NCBI GenBank assembly: GCA_965228735.1
Contig: OZ245838.1
Location: 2,432,001-2,496,000 of the forward strand
Reading direction: 5' to 3'
DNA from: Planctomycetota bacterium
GTDB lineage: Bacteria; Planctomycetota; UBA1135; UBA2386
DNA length: 64,000 nt
In this document: one piece after another, positions 48,203-58,416 of the stretch
Numbering within the stretch: the first letter of the stretch is position 1
How the letters are laid out: each line of letters starts with the position of its first letter
Notes under the pieces: generated by a model
The model's database searches: none
Seen by the model: only the letters and a program-made list of their open reading frames with translations
Told to the model about the DNA's origin: nothing
Translations under genes and position numbers: made by a program

Positions 48203-50818
48203 TCAGTTGCCGATCCTGAGCTGCAGGCCGTTGGTCGCCGTCCGCCCGAAGCCGTTGGCCGCGAGGTCGCCGGGGAAGAGCTGCAGGTAGGTGCTCATGC
48301 CGAGCAGCGCCGTGTTCGCCGCGATCGGCAGCTGGCCCGTGTAGACGCCGTTCGAGTCGGCGAAGCCGTCGCGGACGAGATCGGGGCGGACGCGCAGGAA
48401 GCAGCCCGGCGCCTGGAACAACCCGAGGTCGGCCGGCAGCGCGTTGCCGAACCACGACGTGTTCGACTGGCCCTGCACGAGCCACACCGGCCGATCCGGG
48501 ACCAGGTTCGTGCCCGTGATCGTCACCGTGCTGCCGAGGCGCGGCGGCGTCGCCATCAGCGCGGGCGTGCCGTTGCTGCCCGCACACCCGGTGCCGAAGC
48601 TGAACACGCCCGGTTCGTGGATCGCCGTCGTCCACATCCCGCGGCCGTGGGTGCCGACGAGCAGCTTCATCGAGCCGTGCAGGAACGTGATGTCGTAGCA
48701 CGCGACGTCCGCCGGGCCGTCGTTCGACGACGACCAGGTCGCGCCGGCGTCCGAACTGCCGAACACGCCGACCTCGGTCGCGACGTAGACGAAGTCGAGC
48801 AGCAGCGGGTGCTGCGCGATGCCATAGACCGGCGCATCGGGCAGCTGTTCGGCGCCGGCACCCGTTCGGATCGACCAGCTCTGACCGTTGTTGTCGCTGT
48901 AGCGCAGGTTGCCGGCCGTGTAGCCGCCGAACGCGACCCAGGCCTTCGTCGGGTCCGCGCGATCGAGCAGGATGCGAGTGACCTGCTTGTTCGGCAGCAC
49001 GTTCAGCGAACCGTTGTTCTCGACGGTGACCCAGTTCGGCGATGGCGTGGTCGCGTTCGTCGTGCGGTAGATGCGACCGTCGTTGTAGCCGACCCACACC
49101 GTATCGACGTCGTTCGGCGCGACCGCGATCGCGCTGATGTTCGAGCCGATCGGCCCGCGAATCGAGGCCCAGATCGGCAGGATCGACTGTGGGTTGGCGC
49201 ATCGCCAGAGCGAACAGCCCCCCGCGTAGAGGTAGCTCGGGTCGTCCGTGGAGAGCACGAGCGGCGCGATGAAGTTGGTGCACCCGTTGAGGAAGTCGGT
49301 CAGCCCGGCCGTGATCTGGGTCACCGACTGCCCACCGTCGAGCGTGCGATGGAGGCGCATGTTCTGGGCCTCGCCGTAGATCACGTCGGGGTCGTTCGGG
49401 TCGATCTGCGACACGCCGCCGTCGTTGCCGAAGTAGATGTCCGCGCTGTTGCCGGTGGCGCTGTCGATCAGGTGGCTGCCGTTGTCCTGCGTGCCGCCGA
49501 CGATGCGCCCCGACGGGCCGTGACCCGACACGCCGTAGTACTGGACCGTGCGAAAGCCGGCATCGCGCCGTTGCCACCCCGAGCCGATCGTGACGTTGCG
49601 GATGTCGGTCGTCTGCCAGACGCCGCCGTCGGTGCACACGTAGAACGTGCGGTTGCTGACCCCGTCGTAGCCCGGATGCTCGACGAAGCGATGCACGTCG
49701 GAGTGCGGGTGCGCCGTGTTGATGCCCCCGCTGCCGATCTCCGTGAACGTCTGCCCGCCGTTCGAGCTGCGCCACAGCCGCACGTTGCCGACCACGACCC
49801 AGTTGGAGTTGGTCGGATCGACCCAGATCGCGTTGCAGTACCACGGGAACGAGTCGCCGTTGATCGGCGCCGTCGTGCGCTGCACCCAGCTCTGCCCCCC
49901 GTCGTCGCTGCGCCAGCACTGGAAACCCGCGATCACCGCGTACAACCGGCCGGACACGGACGGGGCGTAGGCGATCTCGATGCGCGTGCCCGGCGAGAAC
50001 CCGCCGGTCGCGTTCTGCCAGGTCAGGCCGGCATCGTCCGACCACGCGATGCCGTGCGGTGATGCGCCGCTCCCGCCGCCGCCCCAGTGCGCGACGCACC
50101 GGCTCGCGTCATTGGGATCGATCAGCACCTGCAGGCTCGAGCCCGGCCGCACGGTCGTCCAGCTCGCGCCGCCGTTCGCCGTGCGGCGGATGCCGCCGGC
50201 CGTGGATACGAGCATCACGTTCGGGTTCGCGTGCGAGACCGCGATGCGGTTGACGTTGCCGAACGCGATCGTCGTCGGCATCTGCGCCCACGTGTTGCCG
50301 GCGTTGGTCGACTTGAAGATCCCCGCGCCGAAGATCGCGTCGCCGTTGCCGTAACCCTCACCCGTCCCGGCGTAGATCACGTCGGGATTGCCGGGTTCGA
50401 ACGCGAGACAGGAGATCGCGAGGTTGCCCATGAAGTCGTCGAGCGGGAACCAGGTCTGCCCCGAGTTGTTCGACCGCCAGACGCCACCGCCGACCGAGCC
50501 GGCGTAGAGTCGCGAGGTCTGGGTCGGATGCACGAGCAACGTGCGGGACCGTCCGCCGATGTTGTCGGGCCCGTGCTCCGTCCACCCGAGGTTGCCGATG
50601 CCGCCACCGTCGGTCATTGCCGCGAAGTCGACGTTCACCTGGCGCTGCGCCAGCGCGTTCCGGCGGCCGTTCGGGTCGATGTTGCCGCGCTCGTCGCGCA
50701 TGCGCGCCAGACGGTACTCGAGCGCCTGCTCGGCCCCGCTCGGGCCGGGCTCGGCGGGCTGCGGCAGAGACTCGCAGCCGCAAAGCGCGAGCAGAGAGAT
50801 CCATACGATTCGATTCAT
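48203..50818 (-). CDS. Putative lipoprotein with BNR/Asp-box repeats and the shared C-terminal module
   Basis: MNRIVWISLLALCGC lipobox; GPDNIGGRSR, GGTQDNG, GTHGRGMW; paralog of 17860-20544. Confidence 0.82.
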   Translation of the reverse strand: MNRIVWISLLALCGCESLPQPAEPGPSGAEQALEYRLARMRDERGNIDPNGRRNALAQRQVNVDFAAMTDGGGIGNLGWTEHGPDNIGGRSRTLLVHPTQTSRLYAGSVGGGVWRSNNSGQTWFPLDDFMGNLAISCLAFEPGNPDVIYAGTGEGYGNGDAIFGAGIFKSTNAGNTWAQMPTTIAFGNVNRIAVSHANPNVMLVSTAGGIRRTANGGASWTTVRPGSSLQVLIDPNDASRCVAHWGGGGSGASPHGIAWSDDAGLTWQNATGGFSPGTRIEIAYAPSVSGRLYAVIAGFQCWRSDDGGQSWVQRTTAPINGDSFPWYCNAIWVDPTNSNWVVVGNVRLWRSSNGGQTFTEIGSGGINTAHPHSDVHRFVEHPGYDGVSNRTFYVCTDGGVWQTTDIRNVTIGSGWQRRDAGFRTVQYYGVSGHGPSGRIVGGTQDNGSHLIDSATGNSADIYFGNDGGVSQIDPNDPDVIYGEAQNMRLHRTLDGGQSVTQITAGLTDFLNGCTNFIAPLVLSTDDPSYLYAGGCSLWRCANPQSILPIWASIRGPIGSNISAIAVAPNDVDTVWVGYNDGRIYRTTNATTPSPNWVTVENNGSLNVLPNKQVTRILLDRADPTKAWVAFGGYTAGNLRYSDNNGQSWSIRTGAGAEQLPDAPVYGIAQHPLLLDFVYVATEVGVFGSSDAGATWSSSNDGPADVACYDITFLHGSMKLLVGTHGRGMWTTAIHEPGVFSFGTGCAGSNGTPALMATPPRLGSTVTITGTNLVPDRPVWLVQGQSNTSWFGNALPADLGLFQAPGCFLRVRPDLVRDGFADSNGVYTGQLPIAANTALLGMSTYLQLFPGDLAANGFGRTATNGLQLRIGN

Positions 50819-50823
50819 GACGA

Positions 50824-53082
50824 TCAGAAGTCGAGGTCGAGACCCAGCCGGCGGGTGAACGAGATGTCGGGCGCGAGCGCGCACGGCGAGACCCCGGGTG
50901 TCAGCACGGCCCACTGCACCTCGAACACCGCGCCGACGAACGGCGCGACGCTGCACGGCAGACTCCACGGGTAGCGCGCCGTGCCATTGATCGCAGGCAC
51001 GAAGACGCTCGCCACCGGATTCACGACCGAGCAGGCCGCGCAGCTCTGCGGCGGCCCCGGGAACGCGAACATGAGGATCGGCACCGCGCCGGCTGGCGCC
51101 CCCGCGAGCTCGATCCCAAACCGCGTGTTGCCGACCGCGTAGGGTCCGCCGCTCGGCGCGATCGCACCCGGCGTGCCGCACGGCGAACCACCGTAGGTGA
51201 AGGCGCCACCACCGAGCGCCTCGTAGCGCTGCGCGATGATGCTGCCTTCGAACGGCGGCGCGTCGTCAGCTTCGTGGAACACGATCAGCGCGCGGTCGCT
51301 GGCCGTCGCGCCGCCGCCGAACTCGCTCGCGATCGCCGGCGCGGACTCCACGTTGCGCAGCACGGTCGAGTTGACGCCGGTCAGCACGATCGGCTGACCG
51401 CACGGCGAACAGTCGAACGCGAGCTCGTGGCCGCGTACGTCGTAGTTGCTGGCACCCGGAAACACCTGATGACCGTGCAGCACGACGAACTTGTCGCGGC
51501 AGAACCCGACCGCAGGGTCGCGCGAGTCGAGCCCGGCGACGTTCTGCAGCGCGGTCTCGGCCGAGCTGTTGGCCAGCGTCATCGTGGCCGCGGTCCAACG
51601 CAGCGCCCGACACCAGACATCGCGTTCCCCGGCTGGCGCGGCGACCTCGCCCCGTTCGTAGGCGACGACGAACTGCGTGCCGTCACCGTCGACCGCGCAG
51701 CTCCCGAGGGATCCGCTGCCGAGCGGCGCGTTCACGACCACGACCCCGCTGCCGGCCAGGGAGCCGGCGGTGCTGCAGACGCGCGCTGCCAGCTGCGTCG
51801 CGCCGATCACCCCCTGGCGATAGCAGACCAGGTGATAGCGGTCCGACCCCGTGCGCGAGATCGCCGGCGCGCTCGCCAACGCGCTCGCCGTCACGACCGC
51901 AGTGTTGCCGACCTGCGGCGCGGCGCCGGGGGACGCGAGCGCGACGCGGGCCAGCCGGATGCCCTGACCGACGAGGTGGTAGACGACGAGCGCCGACGAC
52001 CCGGTAGCCGAGCGGTTGCCCGCGACTCCCGGATCGAGCGCCTCGCCGAACAGGTTTGGGATCAGGCTGACCGGGCTCGACACCGCGCCGTTCGACGCAT
52101 CGACCGAGCAACAGAAGATCGCCCACGGACTGAACGGCGAGGCCGCCTGCTGCCACGCGACGACGAACGAGTCGCGGTTGGCGATGTTGGCGATCGACGG
52201 CCCTTTGACCTGGACGGTGCCGCTCGTCACGACGACGAAGCCGCCGACCAGCGCGCCGCTGCCGTCGATGCGCTGGCCCCGCAGCGCCATCGACACCGCC
52301 GAGAACACGCGGCGATACACCACGAGGTAGACGTCGTTGGTCGCGTCGTAGGCGACGTCCGGCTCGCTGTCGTTCCATGAGTTGGAGCTCGCGAGCAGCT
52401 GGGTGCCGATCAGCGGATCGAGGACGAGCGGGTAGCTCGCCTCGTCGACGAACGCGGCCGGCAGCCGCATCTCGAGCACACCCTCGTCGAAACGGAGCTC
52501 GCCCGCGACGCGGCGACCGCTGGCATCGATGCCGGTGACGCCGCCGATCGTGACCCCGCCGACACCGTCGAGGCTCGCCACGAGCCCGTTCGGCCCGAGC
52601 TCCACGTTCGGCAGCGAGGTCGTCAGCCGATAGCGCACCACGAGGTCGCCGCCGCCGGGCACGGGTGCCTCGAACCGCCAGCTCAGCGCGACACCCTCCG
52701 GCGTCGCGGCGAAGCGCTCGACGGCGCTATCGCCGCGATCACATTCGATCGTCGTGCCCGTCACGCGCGGCGTCGCCGGCGCAGCGCGGCGCGTGACCGA
52801 ACGACCGAAGTCGAGGATGTCGAGGCGCAGTTGCTCGGTGCGATCGGCCGCAGCACCGAGCGCCGGCACGAACGTCAGGCCGGTCGCGTCGACGGTCGCG
52901 CGGTAGTCCCAGCCTGCAGCCTGGACACCCGCACCATCGGTCGCGGGCGCCACCGTCACGGCTTCGCGCAACGCCATGACCGGGGTTGCGTTCGCATCCG
53001 GCAGCGTCTGCGCGACGACGGTCGACGCGAGGCTCGACAGGCAGGCTGCGGCGACCAGAGTGCTCGTTCGAAGGCGGTTCAT
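50824..53082 (-). CDS. Large secreted protein (conserved N-domain ending YPLVLDP, beta-repeat middle, divergent C-terminal module)
   Basis: Signal peptide; ATGA overlap with the upstream paralog; PDVAYD..NDVYLVVY. Confidence 0.75.
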   Translation of the reverse strand: MNRLRTSTLVAAACLSSLASTVVAQTLPDANATPVMALREAVTVAPATDGAGVQAAGWDYRATVDATGLTFVPALGAAADRTEQLRLDILDFGRSVTRRAAPATPRVTGTTIECDRGDSAVERFAATPEGVALSWRFEAPVPGGGDLVVRYRLTTSLPNVELGPNGLVASLDGVGGVTIGGVTGIDASGRRVAGELRFDEGVLEMRLPAAFVDEASYPLVLDPLIGTQLLASSNSWNDSEPDVAYDATNDVYLVVYRRVFSAVSMALRGQRIDGSGALVGGFVVVTSGTVQVKGPSIANIANRDSFVVAWQQAASPFSPWAIFCCSVDASNGAVSSPVSLIPNLFGEALDPGVAGNRSATGSSALVVYHLVGQGIRLARVALASPGAAPQVGNTAVVTASALASAPAISRTGSDRYHLVCYRQGVIGATQLAARVCSTAGSLAGSGVVVVNAPLGSGSLGSCAVDGDGTQFVVAYERGEVAAPAGERDVWCRALRWTAATMTLANSSAETALQNVAGLDSRDPAVGFCRDKFVVLHGHQVFPGASNYDVRGHELAFDCSPCGQPIVLTGVNSTVLRNVESAPAIASEFGGGATASDRALIVFHEADDAPPFEGSIIAQRYEALGGGAFTYGGSPCGTPGAIAPSGGPYAVGNTRFGIELAGAPAGAVPILMFAFPGPPQSCAACSVVNPVASVFVPAINGTARYPWSLPCSVAPFVGAVFEVQWAVLTPGVSPCALAPDISFTRRLGLDLDF

Positions 53083-55364
53083 TGGATCGTGAGGCGAACG
53101 GCGTTCGTCAGGTCGGAGCCGAAGAGGAAGCAGCCCGGCGACAGCGGGTCGTGCACGAGCCACTGCAGGTACAAAGTCGCGCCGACGACGATCGAGCTGT
53201 TGGGGATCGCGGCCGCGAACGACGCCCGACCGGCGCCATCGGTCTGCGTCGCGACGACGAAGCCGAGGTACGGATCCGGTACGAGGCTGCAAGTGCCGCA
53301 CGGCTGCAGGCGGACATCACGACTGGCGACCAGCCACGCGAGCGCGAACGTGCGTTCGGTCACGGCCTGCGCCCGGAACCTCGCGTTGCCGCGGATCGCG
53401 CAGCTCGCGTACGCCTGCCCCGGCTCGTCACCGCAACCGCCGCCGACGTCGACCGTCAGCCCGTCGACCGCTTCCCACCGCTGCGCCAGCACGTCGCCGG
53501 TGCTGCTGCCACCCGAGTCGTACGACTCGAACACGAGCAGCGAGTGATCGCCCGCCCCGCCACCGGCGAGGTCGGAGCAGCCGGCCAGCTGGTAGTCCCA
53601 GGCGAAGCTGCCGTCGAGCCACGACTGCGTCGCCGACTCGCAGGCCGTGCACGTCAACGGATCGAGCGACCGGCAGTAGGTGTTGAACACGTTGCTGCCG
53701 TCCTGATCGGTCCAGCCGACGAGCACCGAGCCGCGCTGCATCACGACGGTCGGCGACGCCTCCGCATCGTCGGCATCGTCCGCGACCGGCTCGATCGGCG
53801 ACAGCACGGCGCTCTCGCTGAGGGCGCCCTCCTGCGGGTCCCACGCGATCGCGCGACAGACGATGTCGTCCTTGCTCGGCACCCCCGCTTCCTGCGTCTG
53901 CCAGGCCACCACCCAGGTGCGGCCGTCGCCGTCGACGGCCGGCCGCAGCTGGTCGTCGTTCGCGGTCGTCGCGAGGCCGAACTCCTCGAGCATCCCCAGA
54001 TTGCGATCGACGATCGTGAACGCCGGGTCGTGATCGCTGACCGAGTTCTGCACCTCGTAGACGATCATGTGGTGGCCGGTCCGACCGCCGCCGTTGCTGA
54101 TGCGCGGGCGATTCGGCGGCACCGCGGCGGAACTGTAGATCGTCGTCGGGTCGAACCGAACGAGCGTGCCGTTCGCCGCGTACTGGATCTGCGCCGCTCG
54201 AATGCTCGAGGAGCTCGTTTCGGCCCAGACGCAGATCGCGTCGTCGTCGGCCGTCGTCGCCTCACCGCCCAGGTCGGGCACGCGCTGGGTCGCGCTGCCC
54301 GTCGCGACCCCGATCTCGGCCGACACCGCGCCATTGCCGGCGGCGACGCCACGCGCGTAGATGTCACCGCTGCGTTCGTAGGCGACGACGAAGCCGGCGC
54401 GCAAACGAACGTTCGCGACCGCCGGATCGAACTCTCCCGTCGTGCTCAACTCGATGATGATCCGACTGCCGACGAGGCTGCCATCGCGTGCGATGCGCTG
54501 CCCATGGATGTCATGATCGACGGCCGAGTACGCGCGCTGGAACACCGCGAGGTAGAGGTCGTTGGTCAGGTCGAACGCGACGTCGGGGTCGCGGTCGTCG
54601 AGGTTGTTGCCGACGGCCTGGAACACCGACCCGATCAGCGGATCGAGCGTCAGCGGCAGCGCCGCATCGTCGACGAACGCGGCGGGCAGCCGCAGCTCGA
54701 GGATGCCGTCGTCGAACCGCAGTGAACCGGCGGCGTGGCGACCGTGCGCATCGACTCCCGTCACTCCGCCGATCGACATGCCGCCGACGCCGGGCAATGC
54801 GAGCCGCAGGCCGGCGCCGTCGGGGGTGACGGAAAACTCCGTGTCCAGGTCGCAGCGCACGACGAGATCGCCCGTGCCGCGGGGCAGGCGATCGAAGACG
54901 AAGCTCTGCTCGATACCGGCCGGCACGACGTCGTAGCGCTCGACGGCGGCCGCGCGGCGATACTCGACGGCCCCAGCGACGACGTGTCGCTCGGCCGGGC
55001 CGAACGGCGCGATGTCGGCACCGCGCCCACACCCGAGCGCGCGGATCGCGACGTCCATGTTGCGCGGCGCGGCCGCGCCGAGCGCCGGCACGAACACCGG
55101 GCCCGTCGAATCGAATCGCACCTTGTAGGCCGAGTCACCGGACGACCCGACGGCCCACAGCACCCCACCCCGTTCGAGCAATGAGGCGACGGGCGCGGCG
55201 TTGCCGATCGCGGTCGCCAAGCCAGCACGCTGCTGGACTGCCGGCTCGGCACCGGTCGGACTCGGCTCGGCGCCAGCCTGGGCCAGCGCGGCTGGCAACA
55301 GCCACACATGGAGCATGGCGCATCGAAAGGCTCGATCAGTTATCGAGCGTCTGAGGGGGTTCAT
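53079..55364 (-). CDS. Large secreted protein, tandem paralog of 50824-53082
   Basis: YKVRFD..GPVFVPALG, ERYDV..GIEQSFVFD, LPAAFVDDAALPLTLDPLIG; ends YLQW...TNAVRLTIQ. Start 55364 or 55317. Confidence 0.75.
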   Translation of the reverse strand: MNPLRRSITDRAFRCAMLHVWLLPAALAQAGAEPSPTGAEPAVQQRAGLATAIGNAAPVASLLERGGVLWAVGSSGDSAYKVRFDSTGPVFVPALGAAAPRNMDVAIRALGCGRGADIAPFGPAERHVVAGAVEYRRAAAVERYDVVPAGIEQSFVFDRLPRGTGDLVVRCDLDTEFSVTPDGAGLRLALPGVGGMSIGGVTGVDAHGRHAAGSLRFDDGILELRLPAAFVDDAALPLTLDPLIGSVFQAVGNNLDDRDPDVAFDLTNDLYLAVFQRAYSAVDHDIHGQRIARDGSLVGSRIIIELSTTGEFDPAVANVRLRAGFVVAYERSGDIYARGVAAGNGAVSAEIGVATGSATQRVPDLGGEATTADDDAICVWAETSSSSIRAAQIQYAANGTLVRFDPTTIYSSAAVPPNRPRISNGGGRTGHHMIVYEVQNSVSDHDPAFTIVDRNLGMLEEFGLATTANDDQLRPAVDGDGRTWVVAWQTQEAGVPSKDDIVCRAIAWDPQEGALSESAVLSPIEPVADDADDAEASPTVVMQRGSVLVGWTDQDGSNVFNTYCRSLDPLTCTACESATQSWLDGSFAWDYQLAGCSDLAGGGAGDHSLLVFESYDSGGSSTGDVLAQRWEAVDGLTVDVGGGCGDEPGQAYASCAIRGNARFRAQAVTERTFALAWLVASRDVRLQPCGTCSLVPDPYLGFVVATQTDGAGRASFAAAIPNSSIVVGATLYLQWLVHDPLSPGCFLFGSDLTNAVRLTIQ

Positions 55365-55585
55365 GTCTGGATCGAGGTCTCCCCGGGTTGGCGACCGCGG
55401 GGCGGCACACCGGACAGGGCCGCGGCAGTTTTCTGTCGCAGGTCCTGGCGCCTGCCGCGTCCCACCCGCGACACCGCGCGGACAGCTACACTGGTGACGC
55501 GTGAAGGCACGTTCCATGGCCCGGCTTTTGCGTGCTTCGCCCGGACCGCATTCGCTCTGCCTCGTTTGCTCGCGTCGGACGCACC

Positions 55586-55975
55586 ATGAAACAACCGCTG
55601 CCCCTTCTCCTCGTGACGGCCCTGGCCGCCTGCCACGCTTCCCCGAGTGCGCCGGCTCCGAAGCCAGTCGAAGTGAGCTACACGGAGACTCTGCCGCTGG
55701 CGGACCTCGTCGCGTCTGCCGCCTCGAGCCTCGCGGCACTCGGGGTCGAGGTGCGAAGTCAGTCGGTCGGCGACAAGACCGCGACGATCAGCGGGACCTC
55801 GCTGAACGGCGCCGCGGTGATGGTCGAGTTCGAGGCCATGACGCCGGACGCCACGCACCTGACCGTGCAGGTGACCGGTAAGCCGTACGGCCGGTGGCTG
55901 GCCGGGACCGCCGGGCGCCGGATCGTCCGAGCAGCCAAGGACCGAGTTCGGTCCCGTTCGCAATCGGAACAGTAG
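55586..55975 (+). CDS. Small putative lipoprotein
   Basis: MKQPLPLLLVTALAAC lipobox. Confidence 0.7.
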   Translation: MKQPLPLLLVTALAACHASPSAPAPKPVEVSYTETLPLADLVASAASSLAALGVEVRSQSVGDKTATISGTSLNGAAVMVEFEAMTPDATHLTVQVTGKPYGRWLAGTAGRRIVRAAKDRVRSRSQSEQ

Positions 55976-56052
55976 TCCCGCTGGCAGGACACCGTGTCCT
56001 GCGAAGCGGGGCGAACCACGCCACCATTTCCGAGAACGGCGAAGGCGTGCTG

Positions 56053-56316
56053 ATGTGGGCCGCGTTCAACGGCCTCGAAGCCGTCGTCGAACGCGCCCTC
56101 GACCTCGGCCTCCCGGTCAACCACCAATCCAACGACGGCGCCACCGCGCTCATCGATGCCGCCCGCCGCGGCCACCGCGCGATCGTCGAACGGCTGCTGC
56201 GAGCCGGCGCCGATCCCAACCTCGCGGACAAGGCCGGTCGCACCGCACTACGGCGCGCGCAGGAGAAGGGTCACGACGACATCGCCGAGTTGCTGCGGCA
56301 GCATGGTGGGCGGTGA
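56053..56316 (+). CDS. Ankyrin repeat protein, probably 5'-truncated
   Basis: LMWAAFNG, DGATALIDAARRGH..IVERLL.AGADPN, GRTAL. Confidence 0.75.
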   Translation: MWAAFNGLEAVVERALDLGLPVNHQSNDGATALIDAARRGHRAIVERLLRAGADPNLADKAGRTALRRAQEKGHDDIAELLRQHGGR

Positions 56317-56369
56317 GCCTGCGGCCGCTCGAAAGAGAAAGGCCGACAGGACCACGCCCCCGACCGCGA

Positions 56370-57410
56370 TCAGCGCCCGTTCATCGACATGAGCGGCGGC
56401 AACCCGTCGGCCCCGGCCTGCTCGTTCGTCGGCCGATGACGGAACCGCCGGCTCTGCCAGAACCACTGCTCTGGCGCTTCCTTGATGCCTTGGCCGAGCG
56501 CCTGATTGCAGCGAGTCGTGATCGCGACCAGGTCCTTCTCGCGATTGCCCGTGTTCGCGTCGCGAATGATGTCGAAGACGCGCAGGTGGTAGCGCATGCG
56601 TCCGGTTCGGATGAATGCGACCACGGCGATGGGAGCACCCGTCGCCAAGTGCAGCAGCGCCGGCGTGGCTACGGATTTGGCTGCCGTGCCGAAGAAGGGC
56701 GCGACGACGGCGCTGTGCTTGCCACCGCCGTCAGCGAGAATGCCGACGGACCGCTTCTCGCGCAGCGCCTTCTTCAGCACCCACATCACGTTCCGGCGGG
56801 CCACGACGACCTGACCCGTTCGGGTGCGCATGTCGATGATCAGGCGGTTCAGCGCCGGGAGTGGAACGGGACGGAACACCGACGTGATCGGCAGGCCGAG
56901 CAACGCAGCCGTCACGCCGCTGAGATCCCAGCTCCCCACGTGACCGGTCGCGAAGATCAGGCCGTTGCCTTCGTCGAAGAGGTCCTGGACCGGCTGGTAT
57001 TCCTCGAGGTTGAAGTGCTGGTTGACGTTCTGCTTGTTGGTGCGCCGCATCCGGCACGAGTCGATCACGAGCCAGCCAACATGCCGGGACCACTTCCAGA
57101 GGTGACGCTTCGGGCGGGTCGCGCCGAGCTGCGAACCGGCACGGAACGCGATCCGCATGTTGTGCCAATAGCCGCTCGAGCCGAGCCCCTTGCGATCGCG
57201 CAGGCTCCAGTAGCAGTACCACGGAATCGCCAGCAGGTCGCCGATGAGATAGGCGAGCCAGTTGGGCAGGATGGAGACGACCCAGATGACGAAGGTGAGG
57301 CCCGCGATCGCCAGCCGTTGCCAGATCGGCTCCCGGATCGGCTCGGCGCCTTTCTCGTTCGAGTCAGCGTCTTCCTCGTTCGGCTCGGGCGGCCGTGGTG
57401 CATCGATCAT
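56370..57410 (-). CDS. Lipid A lauroyl/lysophospholipid acyltransferase family (LpxL/HtrB-like)
   Basis: GHVGSWD (HX4D), VGILAD, PFFG, PEQWFW..RRF. Confidence 0.88.
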   Translation of the reverse strand: MIDAPRPPEPNEEDADSNEKGAEPIREPIWQRLAIAGLTFVIWVVSILPNWLAYLIGDLLAIPWYCYWSLRDRKGLGSSGYWHNMRIAFRAGSQLGATRPKRHLWKWSRHVGWLVIDSCRMRRTNKQNVNQHFNLEEYQPVQDLFDEGNGLIFATGHVGSWDLSGVTAALLGLPITSVFRPVPLPALNRLIIDMRTRTGQVVVARRNVMWVLKKALREKRSVGILADGGGKHSAVVAPFFGTAAKSVATPALLHLATGAPIAVVAFIRTGRMRYHLRVFDIIRDANTGNREKDLVAITTRCNQALGQGIKEAPEQWFWQSRRFRHRPTNEQAGADGLPPLMSMNGR

Positions 57411-57900
57411 GAAGTCGTCGCCTTGCGCTGATCGAATGAAGCGAAGGCCAGGATCGATTGGGTCACCACCGGCTGCAGAGGATACGCGAGCCGCCGACGA
57501 CCGTCAGCGTCCGTCCCCCGATTCGACGGGCAAACGGGCGAGAACGACCGCGGCTACCCGGCGCTCCGTGCTGTCTCCGGCCCGGGTGACCGCGCGTCGC
57601 AAGGACCTCTGCTGGGTCGCCGAGCCCGTCGCCGCGATCGCCATCGCCGCCTCCTCGTGGCGGTCGAGCCAGGCGCGGGCCCCGATCCTGCGACCTGAGG
57701 TCCGTGCCGGCAGGCGCTCTCCGCCACCGCCAAGATGCCCCCAAGCGACGGTTCTCGATCGGCGCCACCTCGCCTCCACTCCAACGCGGCTTCCCACTCA
57801 CCGTACAAAGCGCAGCGGCGCCAGCGATCCAGCACGTGCTCCGACGCGGACGCGTGACGGCAACGTCGGTGGCGAGGTAAGGTTTCGACGAGGAGTCACC

Positions 57901-58383
57901 ATGAAGACGCCACTGCTGGCCGCGGCCATCGCGATCGCGGCCCCGCTCTGCGCCCAGTCGCAGGCCTCTCTGAGTTCGATCAGCCCGCCGTGCCCGAGCG
58001 GCACCGGCGCTCCGAACCTGACCACGACGCTGCTGCCGCGGATCGGATCGACGTTCGGCGTCACGTTCCACAATCAGACCTGTCCGTTCGGTCAGGGCTG
58101 CTTCCTCGGGATCCCGCTCGTGTTCGTCGGCTTTCAGCAGACGAGCACCGGGCTCAGCGTGCCCGGCGTCAGCCTCGTCGGCAGCTGCACGATCGGCGTG
58201 AGTCAGGACATCCTGTTCCGCTACTCCTTCACCGGCCCCGAGTGGAGCACGATGCCGATCCCCAACCAGCCTTCGCTGATCGGCGTGCAGTTCTTCGTGC
58301 AGGGCGCGCGTGTCGACTCCTACCCGACAGGCAATGCCATCGTGCTGCTGACGAACGTGCTCGCCGGAACCGTCGGGACCTGA
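57901..58383 (+). CDS. Secreted protein consisting only of the shared C-terminal module
   Basis: GAGGAG RBS; MKTPLLAAAIAIAAPLCAQ, then directly PC...P.L...PRIG...SCTI...IPNQPSLIGVQFFVQ...TNVLAGTVGT. Confidence 0.8.
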   Translation: MKTPLLAAAIAIAAPLCAQSQASLSSISPPCPSGTGAPNLTTTLLPRIGSTFGVTFHNQTCPFGQGCFLGIPLVFVGFQQTSTGLSVPGVSLVGSCTIGVSQDILFRYSFTGPEWSTMPIPNQPSLIGVQFFVQGARVDSYPTGNAIVLLTNVLAGTVGT

Positions 58384-58416
58384 TCCGACCGCGCTCCGTC
58401 GGCCGCAACCCCGAAC

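Noticed and set aside
55434..55461. TGTCGCA-N17-CGTC, an ECF41-like promoter candidate
   Set aside because: A short, imperfect match that is likely by chance in GC-rich DNA.
57504..57797. 97-aa minus-strand ORF with a helical-looking C-terminal half
   Set aside because: It could be a gene remnant, but it has no start context or family motif to support a call.
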